A DNA stretch of 64,000 nt, taken from contig OX597836.1 of NCBI GenBank assembly GCA_951406725.2, forward strand, positions 47,678,001-47,742,000, given 5' to 3'. Shown here in pieces: positions 1-12,472 of the stretch. The notes beneath the pieces were generated by a model that saw only the letters and a program-made list of their open reading frames with translations, had not been told where the DNA came from and did no database searches. How positions within the stretch are numbered: the stretch's first letter is position 1; the number at the start of each line of letters is the position of its first letter. The position numbers and the translations under genes are program-made. This DNA comes from Octopus vulgaris. Its lineage: Eukaryota.

Positions 1-769
1 GTAAGCAAGCTACTTACCACACAGCCACTCCTACGCCTATATGTTTATTTTTTTAAGATGGTAGAGTATAATTTGAAGTGGATTTGGCAGTTACTTCTAG
101 CAAGTCCAGAGACCATCGTTGAGGTTCTTGTCACTGGCTTATTTTGGGGAGGATCAGAGAGAGATCACAAGATTCAGACTTTTAGAGAGAGCAGGCTAAC
201 AGAGTGTAGTACAATTTTCATTATTGTTGTATCAGTCAAGGCAAAATCTAAGCAAATAAAACTGGAAAATAATTTCTAATTAAAATGTCAATATACAAAG
301 ATTCTGTTTTTATGAGACTCACCAGAATACTATATTTTCTAATAAATGGCCAATTCTCTTTCAAAGAAATACAATACTGGGATACAACTCAAGTATGTGT
401 TTCACATGAACAAATATCAATACCAAACCGTGTACACATGTACTCTGGGATATAAAATTGTCTTTTGTTTTGTTTTATTGTTTTTTGTTGATTGTAAAAT
501 TTATGATAATAATATGTTAATTCAGGCCAGCACTGTTCAACCAGACCTATGATCAAAAGGTGCTCCACCCATGACCATCCTGTTTTTTTTAGACAATGTA
601 TATAGGACCACATACACTAATATGTTTTTGGGAGTTTTTTTTCCACAGTATTAGGGTATGATTTGAGGGAGATATAGCTGCCAAGAGGGCTCTGATGTTG
701 ACTCAATGTCAGTGATAATATATGTGAAAAGTTTGGTAACAAAACCAAACTGATGACTGATAGTGAAAC

Positions 770-930
770 CCAACCTAGGCCCCCACATCTGGAATAAGGA
801 GTGGTTGGAGATCACGCGGTTGTTAGTCTCAAATCGCCAGGCCTGGCAGCGTTTGTGAGAGATGCAGCATTGAGGATGAATGAAGCCAGCTCAACCCACC
901 CCGGGTGGATGCTGTAAGAAGAAGAATGAA
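770..930 (+). mobile_element. 3' end of an RTE-like LINE with (AAG)n tail
   Basis: Degenerate C-terminal 'NRQAWQR' segment followed by a short 3' UTR and gaagaagaa tail. Confidence 0.4.
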
Positions 931-1029
931 GAATTTGTTGGGTAACTGATGCCCTTTATTGTGAAACCCCAGGTCATCCACAATCAAGCAAACTTACAAT
1001 CAAAATCATTCAAAGAATAGCATAGCTTG

Positions 1030-1625
1030 TTTCATTCGTTAGACTGCGGCCATGCTGGGGCAGCACTGCCTTGAAGATTTTAGTCAAGTGAATCAACTCC
1101 AGGACTTAATTTTTCGTTTAAGCCTGGTACTTATTCTATTGGTCACTTTTGCTAAACTCCTAAGTTATGGGGATGTAAACACAACACCAGATGTCAAGCA
1201 GTGATGGAGGACAAATGCTAAACACACACACACACACACACATCTTTTTCTTCCGGACCATTACATGTTGAACTGTTAATCCCTGCAACATTTTTTTCTC
1301 GTTCGTTTTTTTTTCATTCTTTCTCCTTTTTTTCTTCTCTCAATCCTTTCTGTTGAAGAGCATAGGCTCAAAACATCAAAGACTTGTCCATTCTTCCCAA
1401 GCATCAAACTAATACACTTGCTTGTTATTCTTTCACCTGTCTTCGTCTTTTGTTTTCTGTAAATTTTATATATATATACAATGGGCTTCTTTCAGTTTCT
1501 GTTTACAAAATCCACTCACAAGGCTTTCATCAGTCCAAGACAATAGCAGAAGACACTTGCCCAAGGTGGGACTGAACTCAGAACCATGTGGTTGGGAAAC
1601 AAACTTCTTACCACACAGCCACACC
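1030..1625 (-). mobile_element. Diverged tRNA-derived SINE (family A) with a Penelope-like fragment nested at ~1243-1470
   Basis: Matches the family A tail (ctgcggccatgctgg...) and head (...ccacacagccacacct). The central (CA)n is interrupted by the repeat also seen at 10790-10995 and 38490-38700. Confidence 0.8.
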
Positions 1626-2004
1626 TAGCATCTCTAGAACTACGATAACCTATTTTACTGATGTAGGGTGGATGGGGTGGGGAGATAGTAGCATGGCATT
1701 TGAGGGAGATTTGGCATCTCTTGCTACTAAGTCAAATAGTGAAATAGAGACTTCCTTGCTGGTTAACTTGTAAAGTGCTATTTACTTGTGTTCTTTGAGA
1801 AATTTGGTTTAAATTAAAGCAAGAGAGAGAGAGAGAGATTGACACTTTCCAGTTAACAGTGAAAGAAGATATGTTATCAGGAAATACAATAAGCTAGTAC
1901 AGATAACAAAAGTTAGAACTATAGGGAAGAGTAAGAATTCTTTTAAATTATCCATCTTTGGGGATGTCAGGCTAATAGTTTGGAACAATGATAAAATAGC
2001 AAAA

Positions 2005-2250
2005 TCATTAGATACCAGAGTCAAGGAAAAAGGGAAAAGAAACAGTAATGTATTATACTAACTTGAAGGATTAAATTCTCAAATGCTAGAAACAAAGAAG
2101 CTAAGGTCAGGATCCTGCCGGATTATCGTAGGTGTCTAGGGCATTGTGATGAAAAATTTGGGAACAAGCCTTGGAATGCTGGGAGTAGATTGGGTTCAGA
2201 AAACCTGTTTATCAGATTTAGTAAGTATTATTTAGGAAGTTGTTGATACA
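2005..2250 (+). mobile_element. Decayed restriction-like endonuclease (RLE) C-terminus of an R4/Dong-like LINE
   Basis: Frameshifted translation DTRVKEKGKE..YTNLK...LGIVMKNL..LGMLGV..VQKTCL...IIRK resembles the R4/Dong RLE terminus. Confidence 0.45.
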
Positions 2251-3084
2251 AGGTAGGGACAGATATGGCCATCATAACAGGACTATTCCAGAAAGAAGGA
2301 AAACATGCTCTTCATTAAAGCCCATGGGTTGTGGTCCAATAGAAAATATAACTAAAACTGGTTACAACATCAATACTATGCAACAGCAAAATAATAATTT
2401 CCTTCGTGTTCTGCTTTTTTAGTACCTTTAAAAACTGTTCTCATATTTCAAAACTTTTACATGTGACAGCTAAATCCAATGTTTAGTATTTTCATAGTCT
2501 GGGTCTTGTGAGCTATTTCGCCATTTTTTATTTTTTTAATTTAATTTTTTGATATTTATTGTTCCCTCTTATATAAGCAACATACAACACTTGACTGTCA
2601 CACAGCATAAGGAGTACTTTTTGATGCAACTCTGATGAAATGCCACTCAAATGAAATCAACTGCAAATATTAAATAACTTTCCACACGAAACCATTTACA
2701 TGCAATGGTGTTAAAAAGAGAGTTTTACTGAAACAAATGTAACTAGCAACAAAAATGTGCTAAACTCTCTCATCTTCTTCTTTGGATTATATATTACACT
2801 CCATAAGACCCACCAATGGACTTTCAATCTTCCTCAAGACTCCAATTCAAGAGTGTAGATAGCCAGGAGTTCAAGTTGAGTACTCTGACTTTCTACCCTG
2901 TCAGAATCCTGATATATATATATCCAGGCACATTATTATAGTTGTGTCAGGTTTGCAATTGGACTGCATTTAAAACAAAAACGTGGAGTTTGTTAAGCTC
3001 AAACTTATGATCAAAGACATTCCAGCCATGGCCATGTCATCTCTTTCCCTTTACAGACATAATTCTTCTTTTTTTTTTTTTTGC

Positions 3085-3470
3085 AGTGTCTTGAGATTGA
3101 CCTTCAGTAAGACTCAGGGAGACATGGAACAGAGGTTCCATGTCTTCCTGAGTCTCCCTCTTCCACAAGTTCCATCAACTTTGAGTGATTAGCACTTCTT
3201 TATGGAGCAGTCTGCATCCATCCGCATCACATGACCAAACCAGCACAGTCTTCTCTCTTGCACACTGCATCCAATTCCTCTTATGCCTAACTTCTCACTA
3301 CCACTCTGCCATACATTACACTTACATCACACATCCAACAAAGCATACTAGCTTCATTACTCTCTAAGCCTTCACATATCCTCTACATTCAGGGCCCACA
3401 TCTCACTACCATGCAGAATTGCTGTTCATATACATGCACCATACAATCTTCCTTTCACTCAAAGAGAGAG
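3085..3470 (-). mobile_element. RTE-clade LINE fragment (post-RT region)
   Basis: Minus-strand translation VKGRLYGAC..AILHGSEMWAL...VQERRLCWFGHVMRMD...CGRGRLRKTW, with stops and frameshifts. Confidence 0.85.
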
Positions 3471-4374
3471 AGACAGAGAGACAGAGAGAGACCTTTGGTT
3501 ACCAGAGGTAAAAGCTCTCTGAATTTTTTACCCATCCTATTTTATTCTAACTATTACACTTAATATATAAATACAGAGAACATCTCTTTCTTTATTTTGA
3601 GAAGCTATAGGGAAATGTTGAGAGATTTGGTTGCCATTTCTTGAAGGTCAAAGCTACCAAAGTGAGACATAGTGTGTTTTCCAGACATATTCATCCTTTT
3701 GAGGTGAATGAGTTCAAAACACTAGTGATGCGTGCCATACTTTAATACTAAGCATTCAATCCAGAGAATATCTATTCAAAAGCATCAGTTGTTTGACTCA
3801 AAAACAAAAAAAAAAAAAACATATGGCATATTTATTGATTATGGTTCTCTGGTTTTCTAAAGGTATTGTCAATAATAAAGTTTCAGTTAAAAGACTTCTG
3901 TCAGCTTTCTGGGAGTTCTTCTTTATTTCTTTTTTTTCTTATTGTCTTGTTGCCTGATTAGATGAGGGACAATAGCAACTGGCTCAGAAATCTCCATAAA
4001 ATGGTAAAATACATAAATAAATAAAAGAAAAAAAAGAAAGACAGCAATATGGTTTCAAAGGCATACATGCACATGTAGTTCTTACAAAGAGAATGTAAAT
4101 GAAAACCAGAAAACAACTCAAGGAGAAACTAATAAAAACAGCAAATGCATGATCTAATTTAGTCCTATTTATATTTTACATTGCATTTTGCGATCAGCTG
4201 CGTCATTGGTTCCAGGTTCCAGTGAGCCAATCTCTAGTGCACTGCATTCATGAGGGCACATGTGGCAAAAGAATGTCTGTGCAACTCAGGCAAAACAGAT
4301 GCCACAAAGTAGTGTTTTGTTTGGGGTTTTTTTCAAATATTCTGTGTTATTGATTTTCTAGATGTTTACACATC

Positions 4375-4650
4375 CTCATCATTTAACACCTGCTTTCCAT
4401 GCTGACATGGGTTAAACGGTTTGACAGGAGCTGGCCAACCAGAGAGCTGCCCAGGGTCAGTTTATCTGTTTTGACATGATTTCTATGGCTGGATGCCCTT
4501 CCTAATGCCAACCACTATACAGAGTATGTTGGGTGCCTTTTACGTAACACCAGCACAGGTGCTTTGGCATAGTGCTGACAAAAGTGCCTTTTATGTGGTA
4601 CCAGCATGAGTCTGTTTTACGTGATGCCAGCACAAGTGTTTTTTACATTG
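4375..4650 (-). mobile_element. Non-autonomous RTE-derived element (family E, (GAT)n tail), diverged copy
   Basis: catcatttaac..ttccatgctgacatggg...ctggatgcccttcctaatgccaaccac motif shared with many copies. Confidence 0.7.
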
Positions 4651-4702
4651 CGAAGGTATGGGCCATTATGTTTACACTTTTCAATAAAATATATGCACAT
4701 AC

Positions 4703-4888
4703 TTAGGCGCAGGAGTGGTTGTGTGGTAAGAAGCTTGCTTCGTAACCACATGGTCCTGTGTTCAGTTCCACCGAGTGGCACCTTGGGCACCTGCGACAGA
4801 CTGGCATCCGTCCAGCTGGGGGGAAAACATACGCCACAGAAACTGGGAAACCGGGCCCATGAGCCTGGCTAGGCTTGAAAAGGATGCC
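4703..4888 (+). mobile_element. Chimeric SINE: family A head joined to family D tail
   Basis: The head ggcgcaggagtggttgtgtggtaag...ggcaccttgggca is followed directly by the tail seen at 21085-21180 (ccgtccagctggggg...gagcctggctaggcttgaaaagg). Confidence 0.75.
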
Positions 4889-5194
4889 GTTTATCATTAT
4901 ATTTTTTATTATTATATCTTATTTGCTTCTTTTATTTGTCATTATATCTTATTTATTTATTTATCTATTTATTTTATATCATTTAAGCCTTATTCATGTT
5001 TTATGTCATAATCGATAAATTTTCAATATTAATTTCAATCCTATATTTAACTTCAATACACACTTTTACAGGTGCATAGGTGAATGTATTTCTGTAGAAA
5101 TGTGTACCTGCATACATTTAGGTAATTATATAGCCTAAAGTGTGTATTATTCTAAATACCTGCACTTATATATACATGTGCAAATGTATAAGTA

Positions 5195-5578
5195 TACTCT
5201 TTTACTCTTTTACTTGTTTCAGTCATTTGACTGTGACCATGCTGGAGCACCGCCTTTAGTCCACCAAATCAACCCCAGGACATATTCTTTGTAAGCCTGG
5301 TACTTATTCTATCGGTCTCTTTTGCTGAACTGCTAAGTTACGGTGACGTAAACACACCAGCATCGGTTGTCAAGCGATGTTGGGGGGACAAACACAGACA
5401 CATACATATATACGACGGGCTTCTTTCAGTTTCCGTCTATCAAATCCACTCACAAGGCACTGGTCAGCCCGAGGCTATAGTAGAAGACACTTGCCCAAGG
5501 TGCCACGCAGTGGGACTGAACCCGGAACCATGTGGTTGGTAAGCAAGCTACTTACCACACAGCCACTCCTGCGCCTCT
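5195..5578 (-). mobile_element. tRNA-derived SINE family A, full length
   Basis: A-box-like TGGCTGTGTGG, B-box-like GGTTCAGTCCC, internal (TA/CA)n, and tail aagtaaaagagtaaaagag. Confidence 0.9.
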
Positions 5579-5696
5579 ACATCAAGTATCTTACATACAA
5601 TTGTATACAGGGTTATACAGGAATGGTGTGTGTATCTATGTGTGCATGTACGCACGTGTCTGCATGAATACTAGTACTCATTTATGTGCATATGTA

Positions 5697-5903
5697 TACT
5701 CTCTTTTACTCTTTTACTTCTTTCAGTCATTTGACTGCGGCCATGCTGGAGCACCGCCTTTAGTCGAACAAATCGACACCCAGGACTTATTCTTTGTAAG
5801 GCCTAGTACTTATTCTATCGGTCTATTTTGCCGAACCGCTAAGTGACAGGGGCATAAACACACCAGCATCGGTTGTCAAGCAATGCTAGGGGGACAAACA
5901 CAG

Positions 5904-5948
<45 letters not shown>

Positions 5949-6115
5949 TACGACAGGCTTCTTACAGTTTCCGTCTACCAAATCCACTCACAAGGCATTG
6001 GTCAGCCCGGGGCTATAGCAGAAGACACTTGCCCAAGATGCCACGCAGTGGGACTGAACCCGGAACCATGTGGTTGATTAGCAAGCTACTTACCACACAG
6101 CCACTCCTGTGCCTA
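5697..6115 (-). mobile_element. tRNA-derived SINE family A, full length
   Basis: Near-identical to the copy at 5195-5578. Confidence 0.9.
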
Positions 6116-6410
6116 TGTATGCTTACATATTTTTAATTTTCCATTATTTCTTCATTTATCCATTCATTCATTTTGACCTGCATAACAGGCAAACCATTTG
6201 AAAAAAATGCATTATCCATGTGACATTGCAACCGTTTTTTTATAATTCTAGGGGAATATCATCATCCCTGGTATAATAAATACAACACCCCAGATTTGAA
6301 ACCAGTTTGATAAAGGGCAACACACAAAACTCTCAGCCCTGGAGTCACTTAGTAACTTCTGTCGATTATTAATAAAAAATATATATACTAATATATATTA
6401 ATAAAAAATA

Positions 6411-6790
6411 TATAGGCGCAGGAGTGGCTGTGTGTTAAGTAGCTTGTTTACCAACCACATGGTTCCGGGTTCAGTCCCACTGCGTGGCACCTCGGGCCAA
6501 CCAAAGCCTTGTGAGTGGATTTGATAGACGGAAACTGAAAGAAGCCCGTCGTATATATGTAGTATATATATGTATGTGCGTGTATGTTTGTGTGTCTGTG
6601 TTTGTCCCCCTAGCATTGCTTGACAACCGATGCTGGTGTGTTTACGTCCCCGTCACTTAGCCGTTCGGCAAAAGAGACCGATAATATAAGTACTGGGCTT
6701 ACAAAAAAGAATAAGTCCCAGGGTAGAGTTGCTCGATTAAAGGCAGTGCTCCAGCATAGCCGCAGTCAAATGACTGAAACAAGTAAAAGA
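6411..6790 (+). mobile_element. tRNA-derived SINE family A (small internal deletion)
   Basis: Reverse complement of the copies at 5195-6115. Confidence 0.9.
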
Positions 6791-8011
6791 CTATCACCAA
6801 ACCTATATGTATTGGTATGTAAAAAGCACCCAACGCACTTGACATTAGGAAGGGCATACAGCTGTAGAAACCATGCCACAACAGACAACTGGAGTCTGGA
6901 CAGCTCCCAGCTGGCCAGTTCCATGTCAAACTATCCAACCCATGACAGCATAGAAAGCAGACATATGATGCTGATGATGATGGTGATATGTGTGTGTGTG
7001 TGTAAAATTGCTTTTATACAAACTTTTCTATATTGGTGCTGGTTATACATGATTGTGAAAGGTAGTGTTTTATAACCAGATGCCATTCCGACTCAGTTAC
7101 CTCTTATAGGAATAGAGTGCACCTGCTGTCAAAAGACCAGGTACACCTGATGTAATATACTCAATTATTCATATATATATTTTAGTATTCATATTCATTC
7201 AAGCACGCACACACACACACCCTCACACAAACAAAGGAAGTTGGAAAAACAAATGTAAATGACTTTGACATTCGTTTTGACAGCATCCCAGATGTTTGAT
7301 TGATTAATGCAGCCGACGTTTTTACAGAAAATAATCTTTCCTGCTGAAATTGTGCGTATGAAAACTAGTTGATTACATTGACACCAGCACTTGATCGGGG
7401 CTTATTTCATCAACCTTGAAAGGATGAAAGGCAAAGTCAACTGCAGTGAAATTTGAACTCAGTGTTTTGACACAAAATAGTGAAAACTGATTTCAAAAAG
7501 AGGAAGTTAAGGGATTTAGAGAGAAGCGATTAAGTAGATTCAGCTGGTTTATCTAGGAAATATATGTAAAAAAAAAAAAACCACAAAGATGGTAACATTA
7601 CCATGTAGATTTTACTAGCTTCATTTTTAACATATTATCCACATATTTTCTACTTAAATTTTCTCAAGTGAGCTAACATACATATATAAAAAAAATTTAC
7701 TATTTATCATAAATGTTTTGTATGATTATAGTGATTTTAGATTTATTATGATTTTTATTTGTTTGTTTTGTAAGAGATGGGTGGGTCCGTGAATAGAGCA
7801 TATGCAGTTAACTACTTTAGAAGAGAAAAGGCTATAAACATAGTATACTGTGTGCATATTTTCTGTGTTGGTGAGAACTAGGCTTATAGATACACAAAGT
7901 ATTCAACACTTGAGGAAGAAGAGTGTGTTATATTCCTTATTTACTAACAAGGCTAGTTGTGAACAGATTCATACAGAATTGAAATGGAATTAATTCTGTA
8001 AAATGGTCATT

Positions 8012-8258
8012 CATCATCATCATCATTTAACGTCCGCTTTCCATGCTGGCATGGGTTGGACGGTTCAACTGGGGTCTGGGAAGCCAGAAGGCTGCACCAG
8101 GCCCAGTCTGATCTGGCAGTGTTTCTACAGCTGGATGCCCTTCCTAACGCCAACCACTCCGTGAGTGTAGTGGGTGCTTTTTACATGTCACCTGCACAGA
8201 TGCCAAGCGAGGCTGGCAGACGGCCGCGATCGGATGGTGCTTTTTACATGCCACCATG
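8012..8258 (-). mobile_element. Non-autonomous RTE-derived element (family E)
   Basis: (CAT)n on + strand, gttggcgttaggaagggcatccagctgtag motif, and 5' repeat units. Confidence 0.8.
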
Positions 8259-8424
8259 GTGTTCATAGGTCAGAGCAACAAGGATCATCTAGTGCACCTG
8301 GGATTAAGATTGGGCTACGTGTGTATGTTGGTGATTGGTCAAGCCAACCTGCACCTGGCATGTTCTCTTGCAACGTCAATAGGGAATGGTGGTGGTATGT
8401 GTGTTAACAGAATGTAAGGGTCAT

Positions 8425-8650
8425 AAGGCGGCGAGCTGGCAGAAACGTTAGCATGCCGGGCGAAATGCTTAGTGGTATTTCGTCTGCGTTACGTTGTGAG
8501 TTCAAATTCCGCCGAGGTCGACTTTGCCTTTCATCCTTTCGGGGTCGATAAATTAAATACCAGTTACGCACTGGAGTCGATGTAATTGACTTAATCCGTT
8601 TGTCTGTCCTTGTTTGTCCCCTCTGTGTTTAGCCCCTTGTGGGCAATAAA
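8425..8650 (+). mobile_element. tRNA-derived SINE family B
   Basis: ggcggcgagctggcagaaacgttagc head, gagttcaaattcc B-box, and central gcctttcatcctttcggggtcgataaa motif resembling a widely shared metazoan SINE central domain. Confidence 0.85.
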
Positions 8651-9484
8651 GTGTATGTAGCAAGTAGCCATTTTTAGATAAGTGCGCCAATTTGTGGTGG
8701 CTGGCAATATGACATAATGTCGTTTTGCCAAAGAAATATGATTGTCATTTTTCCATTGGTTAATATAACTGCTCATATAGGAATTCTAAGAATTAGTTAA
8801 AGAATATTTGTATGTAATTTCGATTCTTTAAAGTCAAGTTGAGCAGTTATAAAAACCCTGGATTTTGGGAAAAACTTCAATGTTTGTTGGATGTAACTAA
8901 ACTCCATGAGACTCGATCCTTTGAGACATTGGTGATTTTTCATGCCATGTCAAAGGAAAATCTAACAAGTCTTGTTTGAATTGTTGAGATTTAATATTAG
9001 CTAGAATGAGAAATTAGACAGTTAAAATATATAGTCTACGACAAAATTTACTTTTCTTCAAAATGTATATAATAAAAAATAATTAAGAAAATGTTTTCTC
9101 TTTCTTCACGTTCTTCAACTATATATAAAATGTATTTATGTAATTATTAAATTGTATTTTCTTATAGCGGTTAAAAGAACACGAAAATATATTTAACATA
9201 CATGCCCGCTAATGTTCGTTAGCATTCCAGAGAGTATATTTCTCTATGGCATTTATATAGCTGTAGTTAGGATTTGCGTATAATGATAACACTTAAGTTA
9301 TAAGTGACGGTTTTATCATTATATATCCCTACTTTAAAAGCTAAATAATTTTATCTATTTCCAAATAGGAAACATAAGTAGCACTGCATTAACTGTAAAC
9401 AAACTAACTAGAAAATATACGCTATAATATATAACATAAGAGAAATTTGGTAGCCATACCGCTATAAAAGAAATAGGCATTTGA

Positions 9485-9655
9485 GGACTTGACCGTGCTG
9501 GTCTTCCTGGCCTGTTTACGTTGCTCAGTGGCTGCTACTCTGTTGGTTTCATAAGTCTGCATGCCTTTGCAGACAACTGATTGCCGCTTACCTCTGTCCT
9601 CAGCTATCTGCTCCTATGTAACACAGCTGATGCAGAAGACTTTTAGGTGTTTTGC
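9485..9655 (-). mobile_element. RTE-like LINE C-terminal fragment
   Basis: Translation LKVFCI..EQIAEDRGKRQSVVCKGMQTYETNRVAATEQRKQARK resembles RTE C-termini. Confidence 0.6.
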
Positions 9656-9879
9656 CCTACACAGAAACCACAGGAGCTACTCAGAGGTTTTGCAAGCTCT
9701 TCTAAATCTATTGCAATGCTGGAAACTTTCCCACATCATCAGCAGGTATCTTAGGGTCAAAAGTGTTTGTCCCTTAGCCTGTATTGTTTGCTTGAGAGGG
9801 ACAATGAAGATTGAACTAATCTTCACCTGTGGAAGGGATCCACTTGCAATCTCCTATCAACCATCACCACCTTGAGCCT

Positions 9880-10145
9880 GTTTTAGCTCAAATAGCGCAC
9901 CAGTCTACCTGGAAAGCTGTGGCTGCTAATTTCAATGGGAAGTGAAGCTGTAACCATCCTTGACAAGGGCTTTGTCAACCAAGTCCTGATATTTGGTTTT
10001 CTTTACCTGATGGGAAAGCTTGAGTCTGTCCTACCAGGACACTGTGATAATTGTTTTTATATTCCTGGAGAGCAGAAATGTATCTGGTCAGAGTGATGTT
10101 ACCTTCAAAATATCATTAAGGAGCTTTTTCTGGCCTTCCTGGAGG
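9880..10145 (-). mobile_element. HERO-like LINE RLE domain fragment
   Basis: Translation TSL*PDTFLLS..KTIITVSW...KKTKYQDLVDKAL resembles the RPDI..ELTVPWE..KKxKYQDL RLE motif. Confidence 0.6.
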
Positions 10146-10789
10146 CATTGTGTGTGTATGTGTGCGTACGCACACACATGTGCCCAGAGACATGTAAGTA
10201 TGTACAAGCATATCTAAATATATTTAGTTTTCTAATAGAATTAAGCCCATGAAAACCTTTCAAGCAACTTGGAATGAGATGTAAAGAGACCAATTTCATT
10301 GTTACTATAAAATTCATCAGGATTCACTCACCCACTCCCTTTTAAACTGATACTGCTAGTAGCAGCTGAAGACTATTTTTAACAAGCATGTGACTAGATA
10401 CAAACAAGCTTACATAATAAATAGTACAATGTGTGTGTGTGAAGCATTTTTGTATCAGATACTTAAAACCAAGGCTAAGGCATTGCTAAGTAAAAGTGAC
10501 TGTAACACATCAATTTATGGTAGCACCAACTCCAACTTTTCTATTTGTAATAAGGCTAAGAATATACTTCTTGCATTGACTGAAAGCATACAACTGTGAA
10601 CTATATTGGGTTACTTTAAGCTGGTGTTTGGAAAATTTAATTTTCTTTTAGAAAATGAAAATAAGTTTAAAATTTAGAATGAGCATTTTCAAACTGAAGG
10701 TTTTTGAATCAAAGAATCATATGGTACCGGTGCTAAGCAAAATGGTATGAGCAGAGTTAAAATTCCTATATCTATATATATGTATATCT

Positions 10790-10991
10790 ATAACGGGAAA
10801 GTTTACAAAAATAAACAAAAGACGAAGGCAGGTGGAGTACAAACAAACAAATGTATTAGTATAGCACTCAGGAATAGAAATAGAAAAAGTCTTTTACATT
10901 TCGAGCCTACGCTCTTCGACAGAAAGATACACAGAAAAAAACAAGGAGAGAAAAAAAATGCGTGTAGGAGCTAACGATCTATCATGGCGTC

Positions 10992-10995
<4 letters not shown>
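10790..10995 (-). mobile_element. Penelope-like terminal-repeat fragment with hammerhead-like motif (10891-10926)
   Basis: Same family as 38490-38700. Minus strand reads cttt-CTGTCGA-A-GAGC-gtag-GCTC-GAAA-TGTA-aaag and lies next to (TA)n. Confidence 0.6.
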
Positions 10996-11036
<41 letters not shown>

Positions 11037-11039
11037 TTT

Positions 11040-11305
11040 GGTGATACAAACAGTTATGTTACATGGCAGTGAAATGTGGGCTTTGACTGCAGGGGACTTG
11101 CAAGCTAGCATGCTCTGCTGAATGGGTAGTGTCAGTGTGCATGCATGATAGAGTGTAAATGATTTAAGAGGAAAACTGGGTACAAGAGGCATCAGATATG
11201 TGCAAGAGAGAAGACTGCACTGGTTTAGTCATGTGATGCATATGGATGAGGACAGCTGTGTAAAGGAGTGCTGAGCCCTAATAGGGGAGGGTACCTTCGG
11301 AAGAT
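11040..11305 (+). mobile_element. RTE-clade LINE fragment
   Basis: VMLHGSEMWAL...VQERRLHWFSHVMHMDEDSCVK, same family as 3085-3470. Confidence 0.85.
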
Positions 11306-11317
11306 GATGATGATATA

Positions 11318-11357
<40 letters not shown>

Positions 11358-11359
<2 letters not shown>

Positions 11360-11490
11360 GTTAATCCAAACATGAAAACACAAAGAGAAAACACAACAAC
11401 GCGAGGACGTGGAACAAGTATAGTATTATTGTACGCTCAGGAAAGAAGGCGGGTTTAACGTTTCAAGTGGAGCTCTTCGTCAGAAATATA
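11358..11490 (-). mobile_element. Penelope-like terminal fragment with minimal hammerhead-like motif
   Basis: ttt-CTGACGA-agagctccactt-GAAAC-GTT-aaa on minus strand, inserted in (TA)n. Confidence 0.55.
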
Positions 11491-12000
11491 TATAAAATAT
11501 ATATATTGATCTTGCAAAGTGGAAGTACAATAATTTATTTGTATTCAACATCATCAGCAAGTCTGCTTTTAACTTGCTTCACATAATCATCATTGGCATC
11601 TCTTGGCCTGGAGAATTTGAATCAAATTCTCAACCTGCTTTACACATCACTCTCTTTTCCATATCCGTTTTGAACCTTCTAAATCTAATTGATTAACTGA
11701 CACTTCTTAAATTAGTTTACTTTTATTTTTCATCAATGGCTCTCATTCAAAATTACATCAACAAACAACAGAAGCTCCCAAGAGATCCAGTTTTTCCTTA
11801 ACTCTGCTTCTATCTTCATTCAGAAATTTCACTAAAAACTTGAATTCATTCCAGATTTTCTTCAAGCTTCAGTCAGATCCCAGATGAAAACAAGTAGACG
11901 ATTACAAAATTGAATCTCCCCAAGCCAATGATATTTGATTATCACCAAATAATAGAATTAAAAAATGGATGGAAAGAATTTTAATATTTGTGAGGCTTAC

Positions 12001-12380
12001 TCATCAACATCATCATCATCATCATCATTTAGTGTCCGTTTTCCATGCTAGCATGGGTTGGACGGTTCAACTGGGGTCTGTGAAGCCAGAAGGCTGCATC
12101 AGGCCCAGTCTGATCTGGCAGTGTTTCTACGGCTGGATGCCCTTCCTAACGTCAACCACTCCGCGAGTGTAGAGGGTGCTTTTTACGTGCCACCCGCACA
12201 GGAGCCAGACGGAGCTGGCAAACGGCCATGAACAGATGGTGCTTTTACGTGCCACCGGCACAGGGGCCAGGCGAGGCTGGCAATGGACATGAACGGATGG
12301 TGCTTTTACGTGCCACCGGCACGGGGGCCAGTTGGGGCGGCCCTGGCAACGGCCACGAACGGATGGTGCTTTTTACGTGA
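12001..12380 (-). mobile_element. Non-autonomous RTE-derived element (family E) with ~60-bp tandem units
   Basis: (CAT)n tail on + strand; about 3.5 repeats of ggtgcttttacgtgccaccggcac... at 12174-12380. Confidence 0.8.
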
Positions 12381-12472
12381 TAAATAATTTTTGTTAAATC
12401 TGTCTGTCTTCATTCACAACCCTCACTCTCTCTCACTCTCTTTTTCTATATATGTACACAGATGCATGCATA

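Noticed and set aside
2630-2660. CTGATGA...GAAA on the plus strand
   Set aside because: No supporting helices
5377-6136. Recurrent ORFs such as MLGGQTQTH.../MSSNARGTNT... appearing many times in the ORF track
   Set aside because: They are antisense readings of SINE family A, with frames that vary according to microsatellite length. Not a gene family
12174-12380. CRISPR-like repeat/spacer appearance
   Set aside because: The 'spacers' are homologous to each other, the context is eukaryotic, and there are no cas genes
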